64,000 nucleotides of DNA from an uncultured Veillonellaceae bacterium (lineage in GTDB: Bacteria > Bacillota > Negativicutes > JARBTT01). The stretch lies in assembly GCA_963805085.1 (NCBI GenBank), contig CAWDTA010000002.1, positions 1,760,001-1,824,000 on the forward strand. The letters are read 5' to 3'. This document shows, one piece after another, positions 27,692-42,666 of this stretch (positions are counted from its first letter, which is position 1; every line of letters begins with the position of its first letter). The position numbers and the translations under genes are program-made. The notes under the pieces were generated by a model. That model had not been told where the DNA came from, searched no databases, and was given only the letters and a program-made list of their open reading frames with translations.

Positions 27692-29008
27692 TTATTTTAC
27701 TTTATTTAATAGATCAATAGCGGAGGCTGAAATGACTTTTGTTGCAAGATCAAGTGCTGTCTCGTCGAAATCAAAATAGGAATCATGGTGTCCTGCCGCA
27801 AGGTCTGCGCCAATCATCAGGTAAGCAGCTTGCCCGCCGTGTTTTTGAACCCGTTCCATAAAATAAGAGAAGTCTTCGCTCGCACCAAAGTTGCAAGTTG
27901 AGACAATCTCTTCGAAAATACCGAGACGTTTTGCTGTTTGCGACAGTTTATCCGTAAGTTCTACGCTGGTATTACCGCCAGCAGCACTGCCCATTTCAGT
28001 GATTTTTACATCTACGCCATACATCATTGCCGCGGTTTTAATCACTTTTTGTGCTTCGGCTACCATATATTGATTGATGTTGTTTGTGGCGCCACGAGTT
28101 TCCAATTTTAAAAGTGCATTTGCGGGGATCACATTGCGTCCACTGCCTGCGTTTAATATCCCGACATTAATGCGAGAGGCACCTTCACTATGGCGAGGAA
28201 TTGCATGAAGGTTCAACGTAGCGCAAGATGCAGCAAGTAAAGCATTTTTACCTGTTTCTGGTGCAGCACCAGCATGAGCGGGGAGACCAGTAAATTCTGC
28301 ATCAAATTTACTCGTTGCTAAAAACCCAGTGATATGACAAGCAAGAACACCAGTTTTTTTCATTTGTAAACCCAGATGTGCTCCTAGTATATAATCTACA
28401 TCATCAACGATACCTTGTTCAGCCATGGCTTTTGCACCACGAACGCCTTCTTCAGCAGGTTGAAATATAAGTTTTATCGTACCAGCAAGCTCGTCTTTGA
28501 GTTTTATTAAAATTTCGGCGACGGCCAAGCCGACGGAAGTATGCCCATCATGACCACAGGCATGCATAAATCCTTTGTTTAAGGAAGTGAAACCTTCCTT
28601 GCAGGGGCGATGCTGGTCTGTTTGTGCTTCTATAATATCATTCGCATCCATATCGAAACGAAGAGCAACCGTAGGGCCTGACTTTTTAAATTTAAAAATA
28701 CCAAGAACACCCGTTTTTCCGCCACCCATTTTATTTACCCATTTTGGATTTGCACCTTGATTCATCGCACGTTTCATATGTTCAGCTAAAATAATTGCTT
28801 TTGGCACGCCCGTCATCGCAGATTCAGCAATGACTTGTTTGCCGGTCTGAACTTCGTAGCCTAGGTCTGAGAGTGTATCAGCGACAAATGCTGCCGTACG
28901 AAACTCTGTCCATGCGGATTCGGGATGATGATGTAAATTACGCCGACGGGTAATGGTGATGTCTTTTAATTCTTCGGATAGCGTCATAATTTCATTATCT
29001 AGTATCAT
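27692..29008 (-). CDS. M20D amidohydrolase, AbgA (p-aminobenzoyl-glutamate hydrolase A)-like
   Basis: LRFDMDA, MHACGHDGH, FQPAEEG, SEDF, GHH; RBS GGAGTGAG before ATG 29008. Confidence 0.87.
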   Translation of the reverse strand: MILDNEIMTLSEELKDITITRRRNLHHHPESAWTEFRTAAFVADTLSDLGYEVQTGKQVIAESAMTGVPKAIILAEHMKRAMNQGANPKWVNKMGGGKTGVLGIFKFKKSGPTVALRFDMDANDIIEAQTDQHRPCKEGFTSLNKGFMHACGHDGHTSVGLAVAEILIKLKDELAGTIKLIFQPAEEGVRGAKAMAEQGIVDDVDYILGAHLGLQMKKTGVLACHITGFLATSKFDAEFTGLPAHAGAAPETGKNALLAASCATLNLHAIPRHSEGASRINVGILNAGSGRNVIPANALLKLETRGATNNINQYMVAEAQKVIKTAAMMYGVDVKITEMGSAAGGNTSVELTDKLSQTAKRLGIFEEIVSTCNFGASEDFSYFMERVQKHGGQAAYLMIGADLAAGHHDSYFDFDETALDLATKVISASAIDLLNKVK

Positions 29009-29455
29009 TAAAAACTCACTCCTTATTTTATGAAATAAGGACTGTAACAAAATATTTGTAGCAGTCCGATTAGTATTTGTTAGTACATTGATTCATTACA
29101 ATTATGAACTTATTGCATAAAAACTTGGAAAAACAATTTAAAATAAAAAAAGACGCCATGAGTTACAAAACTCAGGCGTCTTTGCCAATAAATTTTAGAT
29201 TTATGAATACATTATACGATAAGAATGCATTTGTGTAAATATATAAAGGAAATATTAATTGCTCAAGAATATATTCAATGCCTATAAAAATAGGTAATTA
29301 GAAAAAAATTCTTGCTGAAATTCAAAAACATTATTTTATGTAATTATTTTATGTAATTATTTATGATATAATTAATATGAATTTATACTTCTATTCTTAA
29401 AAGTTCTTTGCAAGTTCAGTTGAAAAGCTACAGAAGGTTGATTGGATTATAAGGG

Positions 29456-29848
29456 GTGAAAGTGTTGGAAAAAACATTGAAAATATTAATTTGTGATGAC
29501 TCTAGCTTATTAAGGAAAAAGCTAACGCAAGAATTGGAAAGTAGAAATTGTGAGGTCATGGAAGCTAAAAATGGCAAAGAAGCAGTGATGATGTTCTTAA
29601 AAGAACGTCCTCATGGAATATTTATGGATATTGTTATGCCAGAAGTTGGTGGGATGGAGGCTTTAAAAGCAATCCGTGAAATAGACAAAAAAGCTTATGT
29701 AGTTATGCTGTCATCGGCAGGAACTTCGGCAAAACTATTGGAATCAGTAAAACTAGGTGCAGTTGATTTCATTCAAAAGCCGTATACTGTGGAGCAAATA
29801 GAAAAGGCTTTAACAGACCTGAGAAAGAAGGTAGACAGCAATGCTTAG
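29456..29848 (+). CDS. Single-domain response regulator (CheY-like)
   Basis: ILICDDS, FMDIVMP, DFIQKPY. Confidence 0.93.
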   Translation: MKVLEKTLKILICDDSSLLRKKLTQELESRNCEVMEAKNGKEAVMMFLKERPHGIFMDIVMPEVGGMEALKAIREIDKKAYVVMLSSAGTSAKLLESVKLGAVDFIQKPYTVEQIEKALTDLRKKVDSNA

Positions 29849-30707
29849 TCAATTTTTAGCACAATATCTCTTCAATAAAGATTTGCTGAGTAGTGAACAA
29901 GTTTTGGAAATTCTCGAAAAAGACAAATTCCAACGAGTTGCCCCCGGTGTTGTTGCTTTACATAAAGGACTATTGTCTGCTGAAGAAATTGAAAGAATCC
30001 AAAAAATTCAAATTGATCAAGATAAACTGTTTGGCGAAGTTGCGGTGAATGAAGGTTTGTTAACGGAACAACAAGTAGGTAGTATTCTGGCTGCCCGTGA
30101 AGATAGCAATTTGAGTGTTGCCCAAGCTATAATTAGCAGAGGATTTATGACCTTAGCGGAATTAGGAAAAGTATTAGAAGAATATAGAGATAATAATCAA
30201 TTGAGCATTCATGAATCATTTAGTAAGAGTGAATTTAACCAAATATGTTGCAGAGATTTTGAGGAAGTTCGAGAATTGTATGTGGAATATACAGAACTGT
30301 TTCTAGAGGCATTGGTTAAGTTTGTGGATATTGAAGGCGTTCTTGTCTCCGGTACAGAAATTAAGAGCAAGGAAAAATGGTTGATTACCCAAAGGATGAA
30401 TGGTGAACTTGATTTAGGGACAGGTTTATTGCTAGCAGATGAGGTTCTCTTAAAGATTGCCCAGCAATATAGTAAAGAAGCGATGGATGAAGTAGATCAA
30501 TTGGCGTTGGATAGTGTCGCAGAGTTTTTGAATGTGGTGAATGGTTTATTTGTTGTGCATTTATCAAATCGCAACTTAGATGTAGATTTACAGCCGCAAA
30601 AGTTTGGTAAAGGTGTCATTCCAAGTGGCAATAAACGAGCAGTCATTAATATTGAAACGAAGCTTGGTTTGATTCAATTGCTCATCGCCGCAGATGGTAT
30701 ACAATAA
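29841..30707 (+). CDS. CheC/CheX-like phosphatase with N-terminal helical repeats
   Basis: C-terminal AEFLNVVNG (E-x2-N); N-terminal repeats such as LFGEVAVNEGLLTEQQVGSIL. Confidence 0.75.
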   Translation: MLSQFLAQYLFNKDLLSSEQVLEILEKDKFQRVAPGVVALHKGLLSAEEIERIQKIQIDQDKLFGEVAVNEGLLTEQQVGSILAAREDSNLSVAQAIISRGFMTLAELGKVLEEYRDNNQLSIHESFSKSEFNQICCRDFEEVRELYVEYTELFLEALVKFVDIEGVLVSGTEIKSKEKWLITQRMNGELDLGTGLLLADEVLLKIAQQYSKEAMDEVDQLALDSVAEFLNVVNGLFVVHLSNRNLDVDLQPQKFGKGVIPSGNKRAVINIETKLGLIQLLIAADGIQ

Positions 30708-30874
30708 GTATTGAAAGAGCTGTTTGTTCTAACGGCTCTTTTCAATTGAGGCTTCTCAATAGTATGAAAAATAAATAAATAATAGAGTTGACAAATGGTT
30801 AATATAATGATATTCTATTAGAGGTCGCAGCGGAAAACTGTGATAACTGAATAAACTTACTAGTTTAAGCAATT

Positions 30875-30964
30875 GGAGAGATGTCCGAGTGGTTGAAGGA
30901 GCACGCCTGGAAAGCGTGTGTACGGGCAACTGTACCTGGGGTTCGAATCCCCATCTCTCCGCCA
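30875..30964 (+). tRNA. tRNA-Ser(GGA)
   Basis: Anticodon arm cacgc-ctGGAaa-gcgtg, long variable arm, 3' CCA. Confidence 0.95.
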
Positions 30965-30977
30965 TTAAATTTTAAAA

Positions 30978-31140
30978 TTTGTGCCGTGTTTTTAAAGTGG
31001 GATCACGGTATTTGGGTCTTACGCAATGGAGGCTCATGAATTCCGCCAGGTCTGGAAGGAAGCAACGGTAAGTGATAACCTTTATGTGCCGTAAGGGTGC
31101 CTAAGTACCGTGGTCCGACGTTAAAAGCGCTAGCATAAAT
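30978..31140 (+). ncRNA. ffs: Signal recognition particle RNA
   Basis: Helix-8 motif gccaggtctggaaggaagcaacgg in a long hairpin, upstream of dnaX. Confidence 0.9.
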
Positions 31141-31302
31141 ATTGTGATTATAAGCAACCATAGTTATGGTTGCTTTTTTGTATATCGGAAAGATCATGCT
31201 GCATACAAAGGAAAACCATAGAGATGTGTTGAATAGTTGATACATAGAAGGAGTATCTTGAGCGTAGAGGATAAATTTTACTTTTGAGGAGGTGGAATGT
31301 GT

Positions 31303-33039
31303 ATGGCATATGTTGCGTTATATCGTAAGTGGCGTCCGAGTGACTTTAGTAATTTGGTTGGACAAGAACATATCAGTAAGACACTTGTCAATGCTATTCA
31401 TACAGGGAAAATTGCGCATGCTTATCTTTTTTCTGGACCGCGGGGTACAGGTAAAACTAGTACGGCGAAAATTTTGGCGAAAGCGCTAAATTGTGAACAT
31501 GGGCCAACGCCTTCCCCTTGTAATAAGTGTACCAGTTGTACAAAAATTAATGCTGGTTCATCCATGGATGTATTTGAAATTGATGCTGCGTCCAATCGTG
31601 GTATCGATGAAATTCGCGATCTGCGAGAAACGGTAAAATTTGCTCCAGTCGATGGACGGTATAAAGTATATATCATTGATGAAGTTCATATGCTAACGAC
31701 AGAAGCTTTCAATGCTTTGTTAAAAACACTTGAAGAGCCGCCAAGTCATGTGGTTTTCATCTTAGCGACAACTGAAACTCATAAAGTGCCAGCGACCATT
31801 CATTCTCGTTGCCAGCGTTATGATTTTAAACGGATTAGTGTTCCTGAAATAGTCGCACGGTTAGAACTTGTTGCCGATGAAATGAATATTGAAGCAGATA
31901 CTGAGGCGATAAAACTGATTGCTATGCATGCTGACGGCGGTTTGCGGGATGCACTTAGTATTCTAGATCAATGTAGTACACTGGACAATGAGAGAATTAC
32001 TGCTGATAAAGTAAGACGATTATTAGGTCTAGTAGGGCATGAGTCTATTGAAAAAATCGTGAGTCAACTGGCAGAGAAAAATAGCAAAGAAGTTTTGATG
32101 ATCCTTGACGAACTTATTGCCCACGGAAAAGATGTAAAACAAATTCTGAGCGAGATTGCTTTATATATGCGTAGCGTCATGATTTATCAAGCAACGCAAG
32201 ATATAAGCAGTATAGAATTGTATAGTATGGACGAAAAAGTCTTAATAAAACAGGCTGAATTATTTACACATGATGAACTTGTGAAAAATATTCAATTGAT
32301 GCATAGTGCGATTAATGAAGCAAAATGGTCGCCACAGCCAAGAATTACGACAGAGGTAGCAATGTTAACTATTTGTAATCCTCTTACGGTAGCAAATGGT
32401 GATACCGATGCATTGCTAAAGCGAATTGAAAAATTGGAAGAAAAAATTACAAAGTTAAGTGTAGCGCCTACTCACGTTGAGTCGGTTACAGCGGTTGTGA
32501 CGCCTGCTTACACAGAACCACCACAAGTGAGAACACCACAGTACAATGCGCCAACTGCAAAAACGCAAGGAGCAGTGAAACCTGTGACGAAGCCAGCAGA
32601 AGTTCCAGTGCATGTCGTTGAACCGATGGCGAGTGCTAGTACGGCTGATGCTAAGGCTGTTTGGGATCGGATGTTGAAAGAACTAGTTAGTACCGGCAAA
32701 CGGTCGGTCTATGCATGTGTGTCGCAAGGTCAATTGCAAAGCTTTGAGCAGGGGCAGATGGTGATTGCTTTTACCGCGGCTTTTCCGAAAGAAAGAACGG
32801 AAAAAAGTGACTATAAAGCAATTCTGGAAACGATCTTAACAGGACTTTGTAGTGCGCCAACGGTGGTTAGATGTGTGCAAAATTCTGTGGTGGCTCCACC
32901 GCCTAAAGCACCGCCAAAGCCACCCAAACCTAAAGTGGAATTTGATGCTAACATGACGTCGGCAGAAAAACATGTGATAGATGAAGCTGTTAAAATGTTC
33001 GGTGATAACTTTGTAAAGAAAGAAGAGTTAAAAGACTAA
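31303..33039 (+). CDS. dnaX: DNA polymerase III subunit gamma/tau
   Basis: ALYRKWRP, GPRGTGKT, EIDAAS, DEVHML, SRCQ. Confidence 0.97.
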   Translation: MAYVALYRKWRPSDFSNLVGQEHISKTLVNAIHTGKIAHAYLFSGPRGTGKTSTAKILAKALNCEHGPTPSPCNKCTSCTKINAGSSMDVFEIDAASNRGIDEIRDLRETVKFAPVDGRYKVYIIDEVHMLTTEAFNALLKTLEEPPSHVVFILATTETHKVPATIHSRCQRYDFKRISVPEIVARLELVADEMNIEADTEAIKLIAMHADGGLRDALSILDQCSTLDNERITADKVRRLLGLVGHESIEKIVSQLAEKNSKEVLMILDELIAHGKDVKQILSEIALYMRSVMIYQATQDISSIELYSMDEKVLIKQAELFTHDELVKNIQLMHSAINEAKWSPQPRITTEVAMLTICNPLTVANGDTDALLKRIEKLEEKITKLSVAPTHVESVTAVVTPAYTEPPQVRTPQYNAPTAKTQGAVKPVTKPAEVPVHVVEPMASASTADAKAVWDRMLKELVSTGKRSVYACVSQGQLQSFEQGQMVIAFTAAFPKERTEKSDYKAILETILTGLCSAPTVVRCVQNSVVAPPPKAPPKPPKPKVEFDANMTSAEKHVIDEAVKMFGDNFVKKEELKD

Positions 33040-33121
33040 AATGGTATTTGACGATTACTGGCTATTTTGGTAGTCTTAAATAAGTTGTAAATAAAATAAT
33101 GAAATCTAAGGGGGATATAGA

Positions 33122-33457
33122 ATGTTTGGTGGAATGGGAAACATGGGGAATATGTCTGGTATGATGAAAAAAGTGCAGAAGTTGCAAGCCGATATGGCAA
33201 AAATGCAAGAAGAAGTGAAAAAGAGAACTGTTGATGTATCTGCTGGTGGCGGTGCAGTGAAAATTGTGATTAACGGGGAAAAACAAATTCAGTCCCTAAA
33301 AATTGATCCAGCTGCTGTTGATCCAGCTGATATTGAAATGCTCGAAGATTTAATCGCTGCAGCAGTAAATGAAGCAATTAAAAAAGTGGATGATATGATG
33401 TCACAAGAAATGGGCAAATTAACTGGCGGACTTGGTTTACCTCCAGGAATGTTTTAA
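33122..33457 (+). CDS. ybaB: YbaB/EbfC nucleoid-associated protein
   Basis: AGGGAVKI...[16 protein letters not shown]; between dnaX and recR. Confidence 0.95.
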   Translation: MFGGMGNMGNMSGMMKKVQKLQADMAKMQEEVKKRTVDVSAGGGAVKIVINGEKQIQSLKIDPAAVDPADIEMLEDLIAAAVNEAIKKVDDMMSQEMGKLTGGLGLPPGMF

Positions 33458-33459
33458 TT

Positions 33460-34056
33460 ATGCAATACATAGCGCCATTAGCAAAGCTCGTAGAACATTT
33501 TCGTGCTTTGCCTGGGATCGGGGCAAAGACTGCGTCGAGACTAGCATATCACATACTGGATATGGACAGTGACAAAGCAAAAGCACTGGCAAATGCCATC
33601 GTGGATGCGAAAGAAAAAATTGGCTATTGTAATACTTGTTGTAATTTAACAGATATCAACCCTTGCCATATTTGTGCTTCTACCAATCGAGATCAATCAG
33701 TGATTTGTGTTGTGGAACAACCGCGAGATGTTGCTGCAATGGAACGAATGCGTGAGTTCAAGGGACAATATCATGTATTGCATGGAGCGTTATCTCCGCT
33801 TGAAGGAGTCGGACCAGATAACATTCGTACGAAAGAATTACTGGCACGTTTGTATTCGGGGGAAGTCAAAGAAATTATTATGGCTACCAATCCAAACGTA
33901 GAAGGTGAAGCCACCGCGATGTATATTGCGAAGTTATTAAAGCCAATCGGTATTAAAGTAACGAGAATTGCTCATGGTTTACCAATTGGTGGCGATTTAG
34001 AATATGCCGACGAAGTAACGCTGTCTAAAGCGTTGGAAAACCGTCGCGAAATATGA
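33460..34056 (+). CDS. recR: Recombination protein RecR
   Basis: LPGIGAKTA HhH, C4 zinc finger, [12 protein letters not shown] Toprim. Confidence 0.97.
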   Translation: MQYIAPLAKLVEHFRALPGIGAKTASRLAYHILDMDSDKAKALANAIVDAKEKIGYCNTCCNLTDINPCHICASTNRDQSVICVVEQPRDVAAMERMREFKGQYHVLHGALSPLEGVGPDNIRTKELLARLYSGEVKEIIMATNPNVEGEATAMYIAKLLKPIGIKVTRIAHGLPIGGDLEYADEVTLSKALENRREI

Positions 34057-34300
34057 CCGCATGTAGATATACTATGGACAGATAGGCAGCGGGTCGGCGA
34101 TAAGCACTCATCTGCGTCGTTACAGCAAGGTGCTGCTCGTCAACGTACATGAGTACGACTCCTTTGCAACCCCTTGCTGCGCCTAGCATCTGAGTACTTC
34201 TCGCCAACCGGCAACCTATCTTCGTACTAGTTTATAAGTGGAACGGGATTCGATATTGCCTATTCACCTATGTGAATATTTTTATTTTGTATACATTCTG
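34057..34300 (-). mobile_element. Repeat family A full copy, between recR stop and its terminator
   Basis: Reverse complement of 49619-49858; followed by hairpin gctgctataa...ttatagcggc. Confidence 0.85.
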
Positions 34301-34526
34301 GGCTGCTATAATTTGATTTATAGCGGCTTTTTTGCGTATTTTAAGAAGAATTTTTACTCTCAATTAAAAAGCAAAGTTGTTTAGTTATCAAAGAAGCTGG
34401 ATAAAATAACACTAAGGGGGTAGGAAAATGAATCTTAGTATTATTTTATCAAGATTAAAGTCTTTTTCATATTTACATAGCTATTCCAATATAATGTTGT
34501 ATAAGCATTTGTATGGAGGCGATTTT

Positions 34527-34802
34527 TTGATTAAGCTATATGCGCAAAGATATGAACGGCAACAAGATGAAAATGCTCGCCAATTACGCGAGGAGTTTCT
34601 TCATCTGTTAGAAAAAGCAAAACTTGATTGGCAATATTCTATGAAAATGCTTGCAGAAATCACCGATGTTGATTTGATAGACTATGTAATATACTTAATT
34701 AAAGCCAATGAAGCTAAGTATCGCTATCTAATTAAGATAGCAAGAGAAGAAAAAATCCAGTGTGAAATATGGCAAAAAAATAATTTCCATGACATATTGT
34801 AA
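34527..34802 (+). CDS. YaaL (DUF2508) family protein
   Basis: AKLDW...TDVDLIDYVIY.IKA.E.KY.YL; recR-yaaL-bofA synteny. Confidence 0.85.
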   Translation: MIKLYAQRYERQQDENARQLREEFLHLLEKAKLDWQYSMKMLAEITDVDLIDYVIYLIKANEAKYRYLIKIAREEKIQCEIWQKNNFHDIL

Positions 34803-34899
34803 ATTATGTACTAAAATATACAAGTATATAAAGTGAGTATTGCGCTGGATAAAAAATGATTATCTGTGTGTTCATCACTGAAAAATGGAGGTTATACAT

Positions 34900-35160
34900 A
34901 TGGAATTGAGTGTAATTGCAGCATACGTTGTAGGGATATTAGCAATTTATTTCATTGGCAAAATGTTTTTGATGCCAGTAAGATTGGTTTGGAAACTGAT
35001 TTATAATGGTATTATCGGTGGAATCATGCTATGGGTTGTTAACTTCGTTGGGGCAAGCTTTGGTTTTGCTATTGGTATCAATTTTGTATCCGCACTTGTT
35101 GCTGGTTTTCTTGGGATACCAGGGGTTATTTTGTTAATCTTATTTAAAGTGATGTTTTAA
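34900..35160 (+). CDS. bofA: Pro-sigmaK processing inhibitor BofA family
   Basis: Hydrophobic 86 aa, IGINFVSALVAGFLGIPG. Confidence 0.88.
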   Translation: MELSVIAAYVVGILAIYFIGKMFLMPVRLVWKLIYNGIIGGIMLWVVNFVGASFGFAIGINFVSALVAGFLGIPGVILLILFKVMF

Positions 35161-35215
35161 TTGAAGAAAGTATAGGATATGGTTTGATTTTGTTAGTAGA
35201 ATAGGTGTAGTGGGC

Positions 35216-35399
35216 AACAGATGATTTACAACGAAAATAACAAGTCGGCAAGAGACGAATCTCGGGGCGGTACTAATTACGAGACCGCAATGAAGGCTAA
35301 ACTCCCTTCGGTCAAACAGAAAGCCTTCAAAGCTACGATGTAGTTAAGATTCGTCTATGTTGCCTTTATTGTGACATTTTCTTATGTAAATCATCTGTT
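35216..35399 (+). repeat. Repeat family B copy 2
   Basis: Perfect 15-bp terminal IR aacagatgatttaca/tgtaaatcatctgtt, with nested agacgaatct/agattcgtct stem. Confidence 0.85.
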
Positions 35400-35564
35400 T
35401 TCGTTTATTCGTCGGGTGAAAGAGTGTGAAACGACGACTCGTTTCAGTGGGCTGAAACATTGTGGATTAAATAGTCCGCTGGCTTATAAGAAAAGATTGT
35501 TGTGTCGTTCAATCATAGAAGTTTTAAACCTGTATAATGAATTTAAAAGTATTTAAAAAAGGTG

Positions 35565-35695
35565 TTGACATAAGGAAACAAACAGTGTAATATAATACAA
35601 GTCGCCAACGAGATATGCGGACGACAAACGAAACTCTTCTTAAAAAAGAATTTCAAAAATGTGTTGACAACAACTTAAACGTTGTGTTAATATAA
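35565..35695 (+). promoter_or_regulatory. Tandem rrn P1/P2 promoters
   Basis: Two TTGACA-N17/18-TAATAT elements with A-rich UP regions. Confidence 0.85.
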
Positions 35696-35904
35696 ACGAG
35701 CTGACAACGCAAGACGTTAGCAAGTGTTCTCTGAAAACTAAACAATGTAGAAAAAATTAATGCCAGATGTGCACTGCACAGTTCTTCGTGAACTGTCAGT
35801 ATTAGCAGCAGAGATGCTGCGTCGCGGTTCTTGAATCGCGAGTCAATTTCTTTATTATAAAGAAACAAAGAATTTAAAGAGCCTTTTAGGCTTTCTAATA
35901 AATT

Positions 35905-37579
<1,675 letters not shown>

Positions 37580-38058
37580 AGATATGAAAGTTTAAATGTA
37601 CTTTCGTAATCCGAGGTCGACACATCTAATTAATTCATTTACATTGTTTAGTTTTGAGGGAATACGAAAGTATGAACTCAAAAAAAGTGAAAAGTAGAGG
37701 TTCCTTACTAACGTGCGGAACTAAGCGATTCACGAAAAAGCAGAAGCTTTTTGTTCTCTGCTTATGTTCTTTGAAAACTACACAGAAGAAAATAAAATGT
37801 ATTTTAAGTTTTAAAGTACCTCTCAGAAGTGAGAGTAAATTAACGAGCATTTTAGGATTCAAAAAGATTAAATTAAGCATTTAAGTATAACTTAATGGCT
37901 ATTTGATTTTAGTACAAAACTAGAACAGACTAGAAATGTACAGTTGCAAGGCGCACCGCAGGGAAAAGCGCGAGTCGTAATGAAAATTACGTCGAGTGAT
38001 TTTACCGAGGAGCAACGAAGCAAATGTGCGTTTATAGACGTGTTCGAAGAGTACGATA

Positions 38059-40991
<2,933 letters not shown>

Positions 40992-41100
40992 AAAAAAAAG
41001 CCAGACATGCAAGCATGTCTAGATAAATAAAAGATAACTAAAATGCAAAGAATACAATAATAAAACTTCTGTTTAGTTTTCAGAGAATATCTCTGAAAGA

Positions 41101-41217
41101 TCCAGTGACGATACCTAAGTGGTTCCACCTGTTCCCATACCGAACACAGTAGTTAAGCGCTTAGAGGCCAATGATACTTGGGTGGAAACGCCCTGGGAAA
41201 GTAGGTAGTTGCTGGTT
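41101..41217 (+). rRNA. rrf: 5S rRNA
   Basis: cacctgttcccataccgaacacagtagttaag...gggaaagtagg. Confidence 0.96.
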
Positions 41218-41376
41218 AAGATGAAAAGATTCAACTTCGGTTGGGTCTTTTTTTTGTTGTGTAAAAATAAATGATATAGTATTATTCGATTATAAAATAA
41301 AGGTCAACAATGAATGATTTTTATCATTTTTGTTGACCTTTATAATTATATTCTATTTAAATAATTTGAGTTAATA

Positions 41377-42501
41377 TTAATGCAAATCAGGTGAAAGTAG
41401 ATCGGTTAATTCATCTTCAGTAAGAACGCGTTTTATAGAGGTATTATTATTTTTATATAGATCCAAAAGGGCAGTTGCTTTAATTAATTTCTTTTTACTA
41501 TTGGCAATTAGCTGTACGGTAGGCCTTAATGTAAACCCTTTTTGTATATCGGTTACTATCGCATATTCACCAGTTGTCAATTGTACTGCTGTACCCACTG
41601 GATAAACGGCTACATTATCAAAGAAAATTTTTAGGAGATTTTCATCAAAATGCTTTTCTCCTTCTTCCATCATAATTTCGTAGGCAATATGCGGTAAGCA
41701 TGCTTCTTTATAAGGTCGGTCACTAGTCAATGCATCAAATACATCGGCAATGGCAACAATACGAGCATATTCATGAATACTGTTGGCGACAAGTCCACGG
41801 GGATAACCGCTGCCATCGTATTTTTCGTGATGCTCAAATGCTACATGCATTGGAACGACAGAAAGTTGTGTCGTTTTTCTTAATAATTCAAAGCCCAGTT
41901 CAGAATGGCTTTTCATAATTTCGAATTCATTATTGTCTAGCTGACTTGGTTTATTTAATATATCTAATGAAATTTTAATTTTGCCAATATCATGTAGTAA
42001 TGCACCAAGAGCTAACTCATCAAGTTGAGCCCTTGTATATTGGCACAATATACCGAGCATAGTAGAAAGTACGCATACGTTTACTGAATGTGCAAAAGTA
42101 TAATCGTCATATTTTCGAATATCTGTAGCTTGAACAATATAACAAGGATTGTTTAATATACTATTTACAATCACTTGGGTTGTATCAACAATGACTTCAG
42201 TATCTAAAGAACCTGTTAATTGACATTTATCAAAGGCTGCAGACAGATTTTTAATAGCGGATACTCTAATTTTTTCACTATTAATATCATCATCACTCAT
42301 ACTAGTGTTTGGATAATGAATCGTGAAATGGGGCATATTTCTTTCTATATAAACGCTAGGAATCTGTAAGGCTTCTAAACGTTTAATATAGATATCAGTT
42401 AGAAGCATTCCCTTGCTTAATAGTAACTGACCATCCGCGTCATAAATACTTCTGGCAATCTTCATGCCAACTTTTAAGTTTTCTGTAGATATTTTTTGCA
42501 T
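41377..42501 (-). CDS. HD-GYP cyclic-dinucleotide phosphodiesterase
   Basis: LLHDIGK, HHEKYDGSGYP, DVFDALTSDRPYK. Confidence 0.95.
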   Translation of the reverse strand: MQKISTENLKVGMKIARSIYDADGQLLLSKGMLLTDIYIKRLEALQIPSVYIERNMPHFTIHYPNTSMSDDDINSEKIRVSAIKNLSAAFDKCQLTGSLDTEVIVDTTQVIVNSILNNPCYIVQATDIRKYDDYTFAHSVNVCVLSTMLGILCQYTRAQLDELALGALLHDIGKIKISLDILNKPSQLDNNEFEIMKSHSELGFELLRKTTQLSVVPMHVAFEHHEKYDGSGYPRGLVANSIHEYARIVAIADVFDALTSDRPYKEACLPHIAYEIMMEEGEKHFDENLLKIFFDNVAVYPVGTAVQLTTGEYAIVTDIQKGFTLRPTVQLIANSKKKLIKATALLDLYKNNNTSIKRVLTEDELTDLLSPDLH

Positions 42502-42666
42502 TCAATTAACACCTTCACGATAATAATTCCTAAATTTTAACGCTTCTTATGTCATTATATTATGAAACTTGTTGTTTTAGCAAGAAATTCTAGTTTTTTT
42601 GTATTGCTACATAAAATATAAGCCATCGGTAATAATAAAAATATCAATATAAGGAGAGGTGACAAC

